From: Botryllus schlosseri
Lineage: Eukaryota
Assembly: GCA_051294905.1 (NCBI GenBank)
Contig: CM119381.1
Coordinates: 21,824,001-21,888,000 of the forward strand
Reading direction: 5' to 3'
DNA length: 64,000 bases
Part shown: piece after piece, positions 1-15,506 of the stretch
Position numbering within the stretch: the first letter of the stretch is position 1
How the letters are laid out: the number at the start of each line of letters is the position of its first letter
Notes under the pieces: model-generated
Databases searched by the model: none
What the model saw: the letters and a program-made list of their open reading frames with translations, nothing else
What the model was told of the DNA's origin: nothing
Program-made: the position numbers and the translations under genes

Positions 1-3000
1 AGTACAAGATTTTATGGCACAGATTGCTGTTTCTAAGGTAATTAATTTGCAGAGGTTATAATTCAACCTTGTACTAGCTCATAATATCACTTGAGATTCC
101 GACAATGGTAACATTACATTTCAAACCGCAAGGAGACACTAACCCGGCGGTTACTTATACGCAGCTATCATTTATAAGTTTCTCTACTCCAGAAGAGAAA
201 GATGATTTTCGCAGTAATATCTGAGATTCGCCAAACAGAATCGCATTGTCCATTTTTTTACTTCACGACCTCAAAAGCTGTAATAAAGGTTAGAATCCGA
301 AATTTAACCGTGAACATCAATAATGAATATTATGTTGATTTTGTGTAAATCATTACGAAAACCCGATTCGAAAAAGTTACAAGGTGTCGAATGATGAGTA
401 AGAAGCTTCTATGCAATGACAAGCTGCATATTCTCTAACAATATTACGCATCAAGCAACCAATATTCTGTCATCATTTTGTTCCTGTATATTCCGAAATA
501 CCATAACCCGCACCAAAAAGCCGAAAGGAGTAAGCTGATACATTGCACCAAACTAGCAGGATCAGAAGAGTTTATGATAAGGATTGTTTTTGAACGACTC
601 GATAAGTGGGAATTTACACTACACACAGATAATCGAGGGAGATATAGAGCGAACACGATTGCCTAATTTTGTTTATACTGTTTTCTTTTCATCTTAACAA
701 TCGAGTGTCGCCCACCGTGATAGAATCGAAGTCGCCTAAAATGGTACACTACCTCGTAATAAACGAATTCAACACGCATCCACTGTTGTATTGTAGAAAC
801 GACAACTGTATAAATAATAGAACGGGATTTCATAACTTCAACTATACAGCATAAATGCTGTCTTGATGATGAACGTGATATACGCTTTGAATAAAACTTC
901 CGCCGGGCAATACAAAGGTAAAAGCTTCTTCTAGATTCATTATAGTGTAATGTGGATACACCTGTATTGCCGTGAAGGGAGATTATTATACGATGGTCAA
1001 GCGAGCACGGCACATTGTCCCGAAGACGGAAGCCATTTTGTTTATCCAACGTATGCAATGGAAGGCTCATGGTTGAATTTTAACGTAGTTCTATAGACCG
1101 GTTTCTTTCACAGATAGGCACATCCAGTGTTCTAATTGAATACGACCTAATACAGTGTAAGGTACGCTATAACCATATACAAAATAATATAATAGTCACA
1201 AAAATATCCAAGTGTTCGAAAGTTGCGACTTCCGAAATCTAACTACATGTGGTTTTTCCTGAAATGTTAGTACTTCTGATTCACGTGATGATTAATAAAT
1301 ACACCGTACAATAAATTACTTGATATATCAAATATTGTTGCACCACCATTTTGTATTATCACCCCTACGCCACTCCAGACATGGTATGCCCGCAATCGAT
1401 ACGGTTATTACGAATAGCTAGTATCATACACGGGGTAAAAACTTATATACTCACCGGAGCTATGGGTGGAGCAAAAACAACGCAATTTTCTATTTGCAAC
1501 TAAATAACACATCATCCATTCTGTCTACTCGGAACAACTTCTAACTATAATACATTGCAGATGTATTAGGCGTACCAGTCAAACGTGAATGCTAGAATCA
1601 ATTTACAGTTAGAGAGAAAGGTCTCATTTATCGTAACGAGCACTTTGCCCTATGGCTACTAAATTTATAAATTTGACGACACTTAGTACAGAGTATTTGT
1701 TAACTGTTTATCGAAATTTATACAAGCCTTTCTCGCAGATGTCAGCGTGAATAAGCCTAAATAAACGTACGCTTGCAAAACAAAACCGCAGTATCAGAGT
1801 TCAAGTTGAAATATGTCTGACGTCATGATCTGAGTTGGTACACCCGACGGGGCCCTTTGCAAAGGAATCGATTCACTGATTTTAATTAAGTAAGGCTTAC
1901 ACTACGCAAAGCTGCCTAGTCAAGAGCCCCTCTCGGAATGAGCAGCGGGTCGGCCAACGCTGTATAGTGGGAGACGTTCTCGTTTTGAGAATTCTCTAGA
2001 TACGTTTAGTCAATCACTTAGGTTCTCGCCATCTTCCATTTACTAATTTTTTCAACTCAACACTAACCTAGCATCCACGTCTAGACTAACAGAGCATGTC
2101 AATTCTAAGACACCTCCTTTTGCGTTGCGAGAATATTTGTGAATCAACCAAGCGTAAACTAAAGGGGGTAGGAATCAAAGGTAACCTCTAAACCGCAAAA
2201 GTGAATTCTTTAACAATCATCCATTTTAGATGCGTACCCTGTTTTGATTGAAAGATTCCCCGCGAAATTAGCTCGCAACGTACTAGAGGACACTGTATTT
2301 CATCAATATGATTAACACTAAACGGGTATAAGTTTAAGTGACATCGAACGCGTGCTACGTAAAGTATGATATATGAGACGGGGTACGGGCGTATTTCTCT
2401 CTCGCGTACCGCTACGCAGCCGTATCTCAATGGCGGGATCTGTTAGTATCCTGTCACTTCCAGCCTGGGACCTGATTAATTATGATGGATTGCCTCGTAT
2501 CTCCGCGACAGCCTGGGAGAACTGCGCCCGATACGCTCATGACAATCTCGCTCCGCGAAAATGGACCGAAGAGAATAAGGATACAAAAGCGGTCGAGAAT
2601 ATATGAGAGTTTCAAGTGGGCGACCCGTGTTATTTCGAGGGAAGTCAGTTTCAAGGGTTACGCTGAATGAATTTTATGAGCAAAGCTGTTCTCTAGCGTG
2701 GCGATAACGTTTCTTGGACGCGCGTTGATTTTTTTCACAGTACAATACATTTATTAAAATGCTCATGATTCCGCGAAAAGCACTCGTCGAAATCAGGGTC
2801 ATGGTAAATACGGGCAAATATTTAACAGTCACTGAGGTGTGCAAGGTAATTTATGCGATTGCCATTCCCGATGGCTGCGCAATAATATCAACAAGAAAGC
2901 GTGATTTGCAACAGGCCGGATATATCATCGGGTGCAATGTTTTTATCGTCATCAAATGTTGAAAGAACGCGCGTCTCTGTTGACGAAAACATAATTTCGG

Positions 3001-3919
3001 ACGAGGCCTTCAAACCCGGAACGTACGAACATTATTTTCGCCCGGGAAACAGACTAATTTTCCACTAAATTGAGCTCATTCTTAATGGCAGAAATGCTTT
3101 GGTGCGCCGAAAGTATTGAATATCAACTGCCTTTACTTTCTCGCACTTAACAGCAATCGCGCATAAATGGAGACCATCATCCGTCATGCAGGAATTTCAA
3201 ATTTTTTCACCAGCTGATTTTCTCCAACTTGAAATAAGTACCAACCGACGATGCATTATATCTATCATATCATGGCCGAAATGGAATTTCTACACTAGCT
3301 AACACAAAACAAGAGTGAATTACGTAGTTCGCAACATTAAATATTACTTCAAATACCATGGGCGTTTATCTCCACCCACTTGGGGTACTAACGAGAGTAC
3401 AAAGGACACCGACACCATTGTCAGGGTAAAGTTAAAAATCTACGTGCTCGATATATTAGCTATAATACAAGGGTCTACCTATAGGATGTTACGAAACTCA
3501 CCTAAATTACTGAAATCATTGTTAAAAGGTTTTCAGAAGAAATATCATCAAAGGATTTTCCAGACACTTCATGGCATAACTTTATGTGACACCTAATCTG
3601 AAAAAAATTAAATACAACCACCACTTGCACAGTATAATATTGTCTTGTCACATTTTCACAATTACAGATCACCCTAATTTTTCTTGAGGAAGAAGTTTAA
3701 CGATACGTACAAATCACATATTCAATATGGTGTCGTGATATTCATGGCGCTATAATGCCCGGAATTACGCATTTGGTCGTAAAAGCTAATATAAAAAATT
3801 CGTTTCCTGCCGTTACCCCATAGCGATTACGCCCACGAATGTATACCTGAATTGATCTTATAATAATGATTGGTTTGCGATAGATTTGTGAGAGGTGCAT
3901 GCGACCAGTGGACTTGGGC

Positions 3920-4355
3920 TAGGGTTGCATTTAAAACAGAAATCAATTTAAAACAAACATTTTTAAAACAAGGCCCTTGTTTAAAACCTGTTTTTTTTAT
4001 TTTTTTTCGAGCCATGACGTCACGAATATTCAATTGTGACGTCATAGTGAATATTGACAATTGAAAATGTAGGGTAAATATAGCTCTTTTGACGAAATAC
4101 CTGTACTAATGCTTATGAACCGACTATTTTGAGGGTTCCAACCTCCCCACGTAGATATACGTCAGCTATATCGGGTGTTAATTGTCCGTAGGCTCATACA
4201 ACGTGTTTATTGGAAAGTATTTACACTATTATGGCATAATTTACCAACTTAAAAAAACGGATTTTTATTTTATAAAGGTCTTTGTTTAAAACACTGTTTA
4301 AATCATGTTTTCAACAAAGCGTTTTAAGACACCGTTTGTTTTAAATAAAACTCTA
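3920..4355. mobile_element. Degenerate hAT-type MITE
   Basis: Imperfect TIRs TAGGGTTGCATTTAAAACA / TAGAGTTTTATTTAAAACA. Flanks ACTTGGGC vs ACTGGGAC (6/8). Internal TTTAAAAC repeats. Confidence 0.55.
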
Positions 4356-7300
4356 ACTGGGACACTTCAATTATACGCGTACATTTCTATTTGTACATGA
4401 TGTGTCGGCGGTAATGCGATCCCACCCCAAATTAGGTATATTAGGCTATGCCATGAATAATTACTTTGGTTACATACCTGTTCTCTATAGATACGGGATA
4501 AATTAACTCGTAACACATTTCGTATGCCTCTTTTCAACAATTATCCAGCGGAGTATAGCATGGTCGGCGTATATTTTGTATGCATTGCACCGCTGAGTCC
4601 AACATAATTTATGTAATGCCCCAACAGTGTTACACAGACCGCGACAACGATTAAACGGACCAAGCATACATGGAATCACTAACCGCCATCTTGAACATTT
4701 TGCAGCGGGATATGTATCGCTGCCGACGACTAACTAACTGAGTAAATGATCGGTCTGTCTATTCCCTTTTGATGGTACATCCCTTTGGCGTATAGAATAC
4801 GAAGAACGTAAATTGAATGCAAGATTATCGGAGTCGCAGTGACCGACGTTGGTATGTCACGAAGGTGATTTAAAATTCCAAGCATTGCTCACCGAATACA
4901 GATGAGTCTGTCTGTCCGTAACCAACGTCAACACCAGAATAATCACCATCCATATGTCGCGGAAACAGACTATATAGTAACGTTTGTTTTATCTTTAAAA
5001 CTCCATTATTCGGCTCGGTTACCATCATTATTTAATTTATACATTACCCAAACTGAGTATCCATCTCTCACACAGACTGAAGTCATTGAAATTCGCAACT
5101 GGCTGACGAAAGATTCAGATAGCGGATAACATCATAAATTATGTGGCCATTGCTTCCATACTCATCATGCAATTTAGGTGCCAAGAATAGAAGGTTGTGT
5201 TCCAAACGAAAAAAGGTTGGGTCGTAATTATAATTTTAACGCGAGCTAATTTTAGAGTTTGTTTTTTTGATTGTTGAAATGCAAGGAAACGATAGCGCAT
5301 TGATTTTCATGTCGATAAAATTGCGATCCACAGTTAATTTACTGCTTTCTTCATACCGTGATAATTGCAAGGCATCGCGCCATTTTAGACATGTATTTGT
5401 TTTTCATTTCTATTACAGATGATTTGCTGATTAGGAGTGAGCTAACACAGGACTGCCGCTTAGTTCATGATTGTATAAAAAAGAATCAGGCTCAACGAAG
5501 ACATGTATTAATTATTCCTAGATTTAGTGGATGACACTTAACTTACGTCATCTAAATGTACCATGCTGAGAGCAGTGATATTCGAACAGCAACGACAAAA
5601 CATATTGTGTTCCTTGCCACAAATCATGTTGAACATGAAGGGCTGAACAATTTTAAGGAGAGTGATTATATATGCACGTTAATATATATATTATTTATGC
5701 TGGGATCTTTACCGTTTTTTCTATTAGGCCAACCATTTGGTGTATAATGATTTACTTGCTTATTATATGCATATTATATTGAAGGTGAAGGCTGTAATCA
5801 AAAATTCCAAAAAAGATTTATGTACGGTAAATATGAGTTGCATATTGTTGCGGTACCTCCACCTGAAAATACAACTGTCCCTCGTCATATATCTGGTAGA
5901 ATCTAATTTAATTTCCGGCGGTGTGAATATATTAAAACGCTTTGCCAGGTAAAATAATGTAGAGAAATGCAAGCAAATAAAAGCAAAGCGTTATTGAGTC
6001 ACTAAAAATCTTGTAATAGGTACCAATTATTATTGTGTCCTATAATATCCGGGATACTAAAGGAAATTTTCACATATCAAATTGAAAGGTATTTATTTTT
6101 ATCTGGATTTCAAATTGGCACTATGCTATACCTATATCAATGCTACTATTTCGAATTAGCGATGCTGCAATGCATGAAAAATGTTGACCATAGATCTTAA
6201 ATGTAATAAACTATAATAAATCTTGTCAAAATTAGGCTTTGAAAATATATCAAACAGATATTCTGCACTCAAAAGTAGCTGCAGCTGGCTTTGCAGTGTT
6301 TTATTTGGAATGTTTTAAATAAATCGTTGAATGCAGCGAATTTCAGCGGTCGTTTAAAAATGAGAAATTTTGCATGCTTCTTCTCATCCTGTTGATTAGC
6401 GCATAAGTGCGTTCGACATTTATTTCTAGTTGCCATGAAACATCGACTTTTCAACGGGTTTGACTAAGCGCTCGAAGATTTCAAGTGAGTCGAGCTCTCT
6501 CGCGACGTAATTCCCAATATCAAAGAGCGGTGTTTATGGGTGGTCTCGTTCTATCTCTTTCTCCATCAATTAGAATCGAATATGTTCTCAGGTATGCTAA
6601 CAAGACGATATAAACAACGAATTTTTGTATGAGTAAACAATATCGCGATGGGGTGTCGCGGGCAATTATGTCCTTCAACGGTATGTCGCACTTCTCGGAA
6701 ATCTTCGTGGCAAGCCCCGTCACGACAGTTGTTCCTTGAATACGCGATCTGGATGACGTGAATCTGTTTACTGACGACTTCAATATTGTATTCGTTCAAT
6801 CAAATTTCTGCGAAGCAACTTCGATGAATGCGTGTATGGAATCATGAAGACTAAGAATGCAATAATCGGACAAGTGAACGCCCTATATCAGAATTTGAAC
6901 GACAGCCTTGGACTTCTAACATGATTCATGACCCTATACTGAACGCTGTGTGGTGTAATGTTACTTGTGGATAAGATGCATCACAACCTGAATGCCTGAG
7001 CCACAAAAATCTTTCCGACAGTATGAAAACTAAGAATAATGATCCGCCATTTTGTATCTAAGACGATTGAGAGAACAAATGTTTCCCGAACACGTATACC
7101 ATAAATCTGGCGTGATGAACGAGAAATGGCCGACGTGTCTAAAATCGGCCATCAGCAGTGCATGCCACAAAAGTTTATGTAAGAAAATATCATTTATTGT
7201 AAAATTCGGAAAATAATATGATGGATCGACCGACTCCAAATTTATTTATAATATCAAATCGGTGTTGAAGCTTCGTTGTTTCGAGGTAATTTTGCTATTT

Positions 7301-10106
7301 CAAAATCACGAATATGGATTCCCATTCGTCAGGTTATGAAGTCTACAGCCTCCTAGACTTTAGTGGTATCTACTAGTTGTTTCCTGGTTAGCACCAAGAA
7401 TCCGGGTAGACCGCAGATACCCTAAAGCCTTATCGCTGAGTCTTTGAACTTTGCCCCGATGCAAAATCGAGCGAAAGCGCACCCAGCTGTGCTTTTAACA
7501 CCGCATAATACTTTGCAATTCTCTATCTAAAACCTACTCATTGTCTAACCTTAGAATTAAAACCTGGGAAAACAGCGCGTAATGACCAGTTTACGTTATT
7601 CTGCATTGGTTGCACGAATCCAAAGCAGGTAATTACACGATGTCGCTTGATAACATGATTCGATCTCGGAAAAAGTGAAAGCGACACTTCTACCCGCGGC
7701 GAAAAAGCGAGTTTGTACGAGCTAGTACCATAAACAAACGCATGTCACGCCGAAAACTTGAGAAACAGATAAATTAAACAACTCTCCGGTCTTATTCACG
7801 CGGTCTGATTTTTCGCAGATATCGTCATCGCTCCATAATATAACTAATTTTGCTGACATACTATGACGAAATCATTCGTAGATGAAAATTGAAAGTATGA
7901 TATCATGAGTTAGAATTTTTTTATCAGAATTTTGTAACACGGAAATGTCGAGAACACACTCGCGGATGACGAAAGTCATGCTGGTATACAGTACTGTTTA
8001 CAACTTAGAAGTCTTAAATTCTTTGTTACACGGTGTGATTGCTATCTAACATATTCGACCGTGAATGAAAATAGCTCAAGTCGCTATCACTTGAGAGAAT
8101 GTTACATTTCACTCACCTGTGTTGGTATTTGTTGTGTTGATTTCGGCTGCTTACTACGTAATCTGACAAGGTTGATCAGATTTAATGCGGTAAAGTACTC
8201 AGAACATGTAAGCTTATTCCTTCACTTTAAGTTGGCTCTAAAAAGGTATCAAATCCTAAACCTATTTCATCCTTTCCCCACTATACGCTTACCAACTCAG
8301 AAGACGATCGCTTGAAAAATTCGGATAATCTAGTCTGAGACCACTTCTTGTTATGATGGCGATTTTGGTGCACCAACGTCTTTTTTCTTCCGTCGCCGAC
8401 GCAGTTGCTTATTTACTCTACAGCGCTCTCGCCAATACTTTCTCTCTTTTTGTTACCAGGCCATTCGCTCAATCTGATTTTTTGCCTGCACCTATTCTTT
8501 ATGTTCCGCTACCGAACACTGTACACTGCAGTCTATGCGAAGGGGTCGTAAAACGGTCCTATAGTCGGTCATGCGTGTATTAATTTTAATCTTATTGAAC
8601 GTTTGGAAATCCTGCTGGTAGAAAATGCGTGATACGTCCCACCATCATGATATTGGACGTCGTCGGAGATTACGGATTAATAACAACAGAAATGATCGGT
8701 TTAATCCCTGGATTAGGAGTACAGAAAACGAAAAATGCCATTTTAATTAATTCACCATATATCCAATAATTGATCTCGCATATGGGATTTATAATGATCG
8801 CGGTTATGAGCAGTTAGTAGCTGTTGTAAATAAAATGCCGCCTGATTGGAATTGTGGAGAGTGCTTGAATGATCTCAACTGCATTTAACGGATTGGTATC
8901 TCCAAGAGGGAATCTAAGTTCACAGATTTGAAATATCGGGGACGGGAAAAGAGATGTTCAGTATTTGATAGAGCACGTAAATCTACACTACTGGAGCCAA
9001 CGCATCATTTTTCATTTACAGAATTCCAGAATGTCATATATATCGTGTTTGATGCTCAATTCTCAAAGTTTGTTATAACTTCGTGTAAAGATGGTATCCT
9101 CTGTTACGAAAATGCTCACTGTATACATACGATTAAGCCAATCTGTGAGATTCGATAGTTTAATCTTAGAATTACCCGCCATTGCAAGAATCCATTACAT
9201 ATGTCAACTGCATCATACCTATACAACAGGTGTTTTAAACCGGTGGGAACATTTTGAGGTGACTCACATACGGCTATTTTGAAAGTTTTGGAATCCATGA
9301 AAGTATAGTACGGTTGTATTACAGATACAATGCGAATTGTATTCCTCGCTTCCGTATCCTGCTTATCTTAATAACGCCAAAATTGTTTGAATCAATCCAG
9401 GCGTGTGTTTAGTTATCGTAAGTATATACATACCCCAACCATGATTGAGCTAAGTACCCCTGTCACCACCCACACAGTGGAGAAGAGACAAAAGCATTAT
9501 AATTCATCAAATTATGCATGTGCTGACTTCAAACATGAATATGTTTGATATAAGCGGGTGACCTTTACGTAGTAAAATATTTGACGACTTAAAAATTGAC
9601 TCGCAAATTTGTCTCGAGTCACGAGTCATTTTAAGCCTATGGCTCGAGTCAAGTGAGGTCGCCTACAAATCTATATGGTACAAACTATAAATGGCAATAA
9701 ATTTTATCATGTATACAAATATCATAAACTTAAAGGACTATGTAATTGCTTCGAAACCATCCAATTTCATGATATTCTTCAAATGTCATGTCACTGTTGT
9801 GACACAAGAACCTAATCCATTCATATGCTTCAAGCAAGACCTATGTGTGTCACGAAATGTTTTCAAAGTGGCAAGGGGCCGACGAATTAAAAAAAAGGTT
9901 TAGAACCATCGATATACAATATACAACATATGCATACATATGAGCCAGTCCGATTGGGGTTCACTGTTTTTCAATTCATATTTTGTTCCAAAATCTTAGG
10001 GACAACTGCATCAGGATAACGAAGTATAGGAAGCTTCACCAACTTGAATGTCGATCTTGCATGCTAGTTATCAATTTGAAATATGAACACAAATCTTACT
10101 GATTAG

Positions 10107-10453
10107 TAAGGCGATTTTTTTTTGACATTTTAAAATGAGTCAAAATTTTGTCAAATGCGTGATGTAACTACTGGAATTCTTCATAGGTCCAGATTTCGCG
10201 AAAATTAAGTTTTTTAATGTCAAAATTTGTCAGTTTTTAAGTCAAAAAAGTTTTTTTTCAAGCCAAACTACTTCGTAAGGACAAATAGTTCCAACCAGAA
10301 ATGAAGATAAGTTGTAAAATTTTAACATTTTGCGGGAAAACACCTAATTTACATACATTAGGTCAAAATTAAGTATTTCAATGTCAAAAATGTCAAAATT
10401 TTGATTTTCTAGGTCAAAATCTTCCCTTTTTGAGGTCAAAAAAAATCGCCCTA
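10107..10453. mobile_element. hAT-type MITE with internal GTCAAAA repeats
   Basis: TIRs TAAGGCGATTTTTTTTTGAC / GTCAAAAAAAATCGCCCTA. Flanks CTGATTAG vs TCGATTAG (6/8). Confidence 0.7.
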
Positions 10454-12016
10454 TCGATTAGATATCCTTTCACCCTGGACACTACGAACTATAGCAATGT
10501 TGTCTGAGATTTTCAGTTTACTTGCACTGTAGTATACAGTATAGTATACTGTGTAGTGAACAGTGGTGTCATATTGTGCCGTGCAGGGCAAGCTCATCCT
10601 TTATAGGTTAAGACGACATTGCCCATATTTCTAGAGAAAATCATTCTGCAACATGATAATTTACTGCGTTTTATATTTCTATTGAATGATCTAGTTTCTG
10701 TGTATTCAAATAGTACGAATTTAGAAGTGTAGAGTATGCGACCACACTAACGGCGGCTACAATTCGCAGTTCAAGTTTTTGTTTGAGATCTCACGTCAAG
10801 ATCATAGAATTTGCAAATACTTACTATCCAATTAAATCCACTTGCCGAACAGCAAACATATAGGAGAAATGATCAAAATTTACATTGCTCTTTTCTGTAT
10901 AGTAACTCTGCTGCTGCTAACTGGTGCTTCACTGTGAACATTTGCGGTTACTGAAAAGCTGTTATTTTTCAGGAAACCTTATGTTAAGATGTAACATATA
11001 CTGTAATTAGTTAGCTCTGAAGCCTAAATTATTGAGTTTAGAAAATGATATACCAACTGCTCCTGTCCTGATAATGTGAAGTCGAGCCATCTCTGTATAA
11101 AGATGCTCGGACATCAGCCAAATTATTATCAAAGTGGAACTTTCAATTAAAACTTCACTTCAGACCGACACATTCGACTTCGGTGGCCAGAATTAAGTGG
11201 TGGCTTGCTACTCTTATACTTACAGTGGAAGGCAATTTTCTATGTAAAATGCAATAACGTCTAATGAGCTCAATTTTTCTTTCATCATTTGGTACATTTA
11301 AGAATTGCTATAAAATGACGGTTTATATAATCAACAGTTACGACTTGTTGTAGTAATATTTCCATGTGGTTTGGTTCAAGTGCAACCACTCAATTATTCG
11401 CACAGCCCCCGATAGCACATGACACTTTGTATGACTTGAAATTCTTCTTGAAATATAAATTAGAGCTTTGATTCGATTTTGTATTATATTATGGGGATCA
11501 AGTCATTAAAGGAATCAAAAATAAACGGGACGGACATTTAGATGAATAGTATCAGACAGATATTTGTGTCTGGCATCGAGAATCTTATGTCAAAAACATT
11601 TGACAGCTTCGTACTTGCGTGTGTGGTGTAGATGCTGTGTAACAGACGCTGTTATTCAATCCGGAAGAGCATTGTTCTACAAACCGTTTTCATTACATAC
11701 AAATGTCGATTTTGCGAGAAGTTTCTATGTGAGTTGTTCCTATTTCGGTATCGTGAAAGTCAAAAACGCGAAAGCAAATAATAACATGCACTTGATTTTT
11801 GAATCAAATACAAGATGTGGATACAAGATCGTAGGTCACTGTCATTTCAGAGAGAAGAATTCGTTATTAGGTAGATTAGATTTGCAAATGCGATAGCTCT
11901 ATCGAGCTTAGCCTTGATAATGTGAATTTTTATTCGGAAAGACTAATATCGTCCTTTCAAAACGGTGTGCATGTAATAAAGGATAAGCGTATTACGCTGC
12001 TCCCACACTTCATTAC

Positions 12017-12544
12017 TAGGGCTGGGCATAATGATTCGAGTACTCGATTCTGAATCGAGTATTAATTTTAATGATTCGAGTCGAGTAGTAAAAGACGATT
12101 TTTTCGAGTAATGAAATTACACGCTCCTCTCCACTGAAAGATAATTTATCGACAAGAATTGTAGCTTCGATACTATTTCCACTGTGGAACCCTTGAAACC
12201 TCGATTGGCCGCATCGCAACGTACGAAACATATAGTACAAAGCTACGCACGTTAGCGAAAGTAACACATTTCCGAAGTCCTGGTCATCCCACCACATTGT
12301 CACAAAGTGCAATGAAATCAATATGGTCTAAAAAATGCCTAAGTATAGTAGATCATATACCTAAGTATATATACCTAAATATATCATTGGTTGGCATAAA
12401 AGGTATTCATTTGATCCTTGACATAGGCCTACTATATTATGTTATGACGTCATAATGAGTGATACTCGAATACTCGACTCGACTCGAAGCATTTTACGTG
12501 ATTCAGAATCGAATCACTCAGGTACTCGATTTCGCCCAGCCCTA
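12017..12544 (+). mobile_element. hAT MITE, TAGGGCTGGGC family, copy 1
   Basis: TIRs TAGGGCTGGGC / GCCCAGCCCTA. Perfect 8-bp TSD TTCATTAC (12009-12016, 12545-12552). Homologous to 18812-19326 and 36737-37110. Confidence 0.93.
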
Positions 12545-15506
12545 TTCATTACAAGTGATTTGGAGAAGCATCAAAAAGTAAGTTTACGGAAACGGAATAA
12601 ATGGAAACCAATCGCCCGGTTCTACATCACTTGGGATTATCTGTTACGTTAGCACGGTCTCAAAAGCTTTCGAAAGTGACAGATTTGTACAATCTCCCAT
12701 ACGGCTTATATGGATTTGAGTGGCGCGTTTGAATATTTCATATCCAAGAATGATCAGTCCGCATCCAACAGAATCGCGGTTTTAAGATATTGATGAGTTA
12801 CGAAACCGGGTAGGTGTTGTGGTTCCATGGTCTGTATCGATAAGTAAAATCATGGTAACCATTTGAAAGTTGAGCACCATTCTCACCGCTCAAATTCAGC
12901 ACTGAAAGGAAGGGTCAAGTAAGTCACATCCACGGATAAACTAACCTCATTGGCGAGTAATGCCTATAGAAATAAACGAGATGGACTGCAAAATGCACTG
13001 ATCATGCCATATCTCAATTTACTGTAAAATCCAAGTGGTCAGATAAAGGCGGACGTATTTCCACGCTACATGTGCTTCGAGCGGGCAGCTGAGGTTTCTT
13101 TGGATTTGATTTCGGCTTACGACGGTTCCCACATTGTGCAATGCACTCGGGAAAGATTTCGATAACGTAATTCAATAAATGCACATGGTTACCAATCCCA
13201 GATTACGTAGCACTAAGTCGATCAAGATATTGAAAACCGAGCACAGCGGTACAGAATCTCAAAAGGAAGAATTGCCCGGCTTGCACAATTTGTCGGGATG
13301 CATTAATTGCGATATGATACGCTGTTTAATAGTGGTGGCATTGGATTAACAATATAAATACTAGTTTAGTAGGGTGGGAATGTAGTGGATTTAAACTCGA
13401 AGAAGCATCGTGCAATATGCTGGCATGAGACGATTATACATAGGCGAATGTGTGTATTGTATAGAGTGCGGTCTGTAGCAGCAGATATCAACAATTCCTT
13501 GGCCTATGTGTACGACCCGACTTCAATAATAACGAAAATCGGTGATCATGTCATTTGTAATATCTGTGGTTCGTGAATAATTGTTGCACAGAAAGTTGTT
13601 GGCGACGGCGCATGGCAAACGGTGGAATTAAATCTAGGAATGATAGTTTCATTATAATAATATGATATGTATGATCTGCTCCTTACTGCAGACATCACAT
13701 TGGTGACTCTGTCAATCGCAGTATACAGTGGTTGCGGATATTCCGTTAAATCTCCGGGGCCATCGTAACAAATATAACGTGTTAGGCAAGAAATTTGAGA
13801 AAGAGCGGATATCGCTGATATTTCCGCAGTCACAATTTGTACCGGTACGTCCTTTGTGTCATAAATTCCAAACGAAACGTCGCACTTAATTAAACTTAAT
13901 AGCAATGAAGAGATATATCTTTATGGCGTCCGTCAGATTTTCGCTGGAATGGCAAAAAAAATGAAAAACGCAATAACGTGCAGCCTAGTATGAATCATGA
14001 AACCTTTGATACGGAATGAGGATACCGACGCAACATTCTACTACATAAACCAATGCTTGACATTTCAGCAAATGATGACCGGTACACCGCACGATGCCGC
14101 CGTAATACGCCGAGAATATCCAAATCCTGGATAATATCATTGTAATCACGCTAACATCCATCTTCATGTCACAGGATAAGTGGGTTATACCGGCGGCTTC
14201 ACGTAATCAAATCCATGAAATCCGGATGCCAGTTATTGAAATAAGTGCGACTGAACTTTTGGTTTTCAATATAGCAACATTACAACATGTTTTTACTATA
14301 AACCGCATTTGATTTGTGGCGACTTTACTGTGTTAATATGGATCCTTTGTCGTTAGACAATATCAAGTACAAGTTCTGATCAGTGACTCATTGCGATTGA
14401 CCCTGTCAGCGTCGTCGTCCAGCCACCGTTGTAATCCATGTTTTACAAGTTCGAGTGTCAAAAAATATTTATGAATACTGATGTTGTGTCACTTTCAAAC
14501 CAATACAAAGTAACCCATAGTGTCATCCAGCTTCAATAAAGCGCTACTACTCTATACACTCATACCATTACCATGATACTAGATCACCGCTGTTTTGACC
14601 ACCAATTTGTAGTAGAGTGCTATATGAAGCTATATGCAGCTCAAGCCTGTTGACTCGACATGTCTTAAGCGCATTCGATGCAGGCAAATGATGATTTGCC
14701 CCTACCCTATGCCCAGAAAAGAGTCATCGGATTATGAACATCTTGGCACATTCCTTGTGGTAGCATATGCTTCGCGTTGTCCGGTGAACATGTGTCGGCG
14801 ACTGCGACTTTCAGGATGGAGGCTTATAAACGACACATAAATATACTGGTTTGTATCAACCCCGCCCATAATGTGTCTTGCAGTCGCGCATAGCGCTACA
14901 GAGTATACACAGTAATCCGATTGAGAAAGACAGGTGTCAAACACAGAGAAAAAATCTGCAGCCCAGGCACCGCATCACGAGCCAGACACCACGACACCGC
15001 ACCGCTGTCACCCACGTTTGTAATAGAATAGAATATTGATATATATATATATTCCCGACTTTACATTCCGAAGCAATCACTCGACAGGCTCTTCAGCTCC
15101 GAGAATAAGCCCGTATTCACAATGGAACAAGACCACTCGACGATTCTCGCGAGCTGATGGAGCTGACGGTCGAATGCGATTCAAAGTCAGTTATACAGCC
15201 AGAGTTTGATTGACAGAACTCGGGGCGAGCGGGAATGGCTCTTGCACGTCGTTGAAAGGCAAGGGCAATATACGAGAACCCTCGTCTTGTGGCCAGCTGT
15301 AAAAAGGCGTGAACGAGATGCACTTCAAAACAAAAACTTGTTGGTTTTCATTTATGAATAAAACCGAACTTCACACAGGATTCACAGAGAGTCTAATGCT
15401 GACGTACTGAGCTATTTAACCCTCTGGTGGTCTCCAGCTGCGGCAAATAACGTTCTTTTCAAGAGATCTCAACTGATTGAAGATGGAAGAGGGTTCACAA
15501 TCCTAC

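Noticed and set aside
193-288. Plus-strand 96-nt exon-like segment KRKMIFAVISEIRQTESHCPFFYFTTSKAVIK
   Set aside because: May belong to a gene entering from the left edge, but the product is unrecognisable and the donor is weak.
4520-4740. Minus-strand KIYADHAILRWI resembling the Gypsy RNase H TDH motif
   Set aside because: Single short motif, with no RT, integrase or LTR nearby.
7063-7178. Plus-strand exon-like segment RLREQMFPEHVYHKSGVMNEKWPTCLKSAISSACHKSL
   Set aside because: Plausible splice sites but no identifiable family and no phase-compatible neighbours found.
8117-8162. Minus-strand 46-nt exon-like segment with CAG|GTGAGT donor
   Set aside because: Cannot be linked into a gene model and the peptide is unrecognised.
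10869-10937. Signal-peptide-like MIKIYIALFCIVTLLLLTGASL
   Set aside because: Ends in a stop after 22 aa with only weak donor sites.
13546-13905. 119-aa minus-strand ORF with a YDGP segment, faintly CUB-like
   Set aside because: Several ORFs this long are expected by chance, and the cysteine spacing does not fit CUB.
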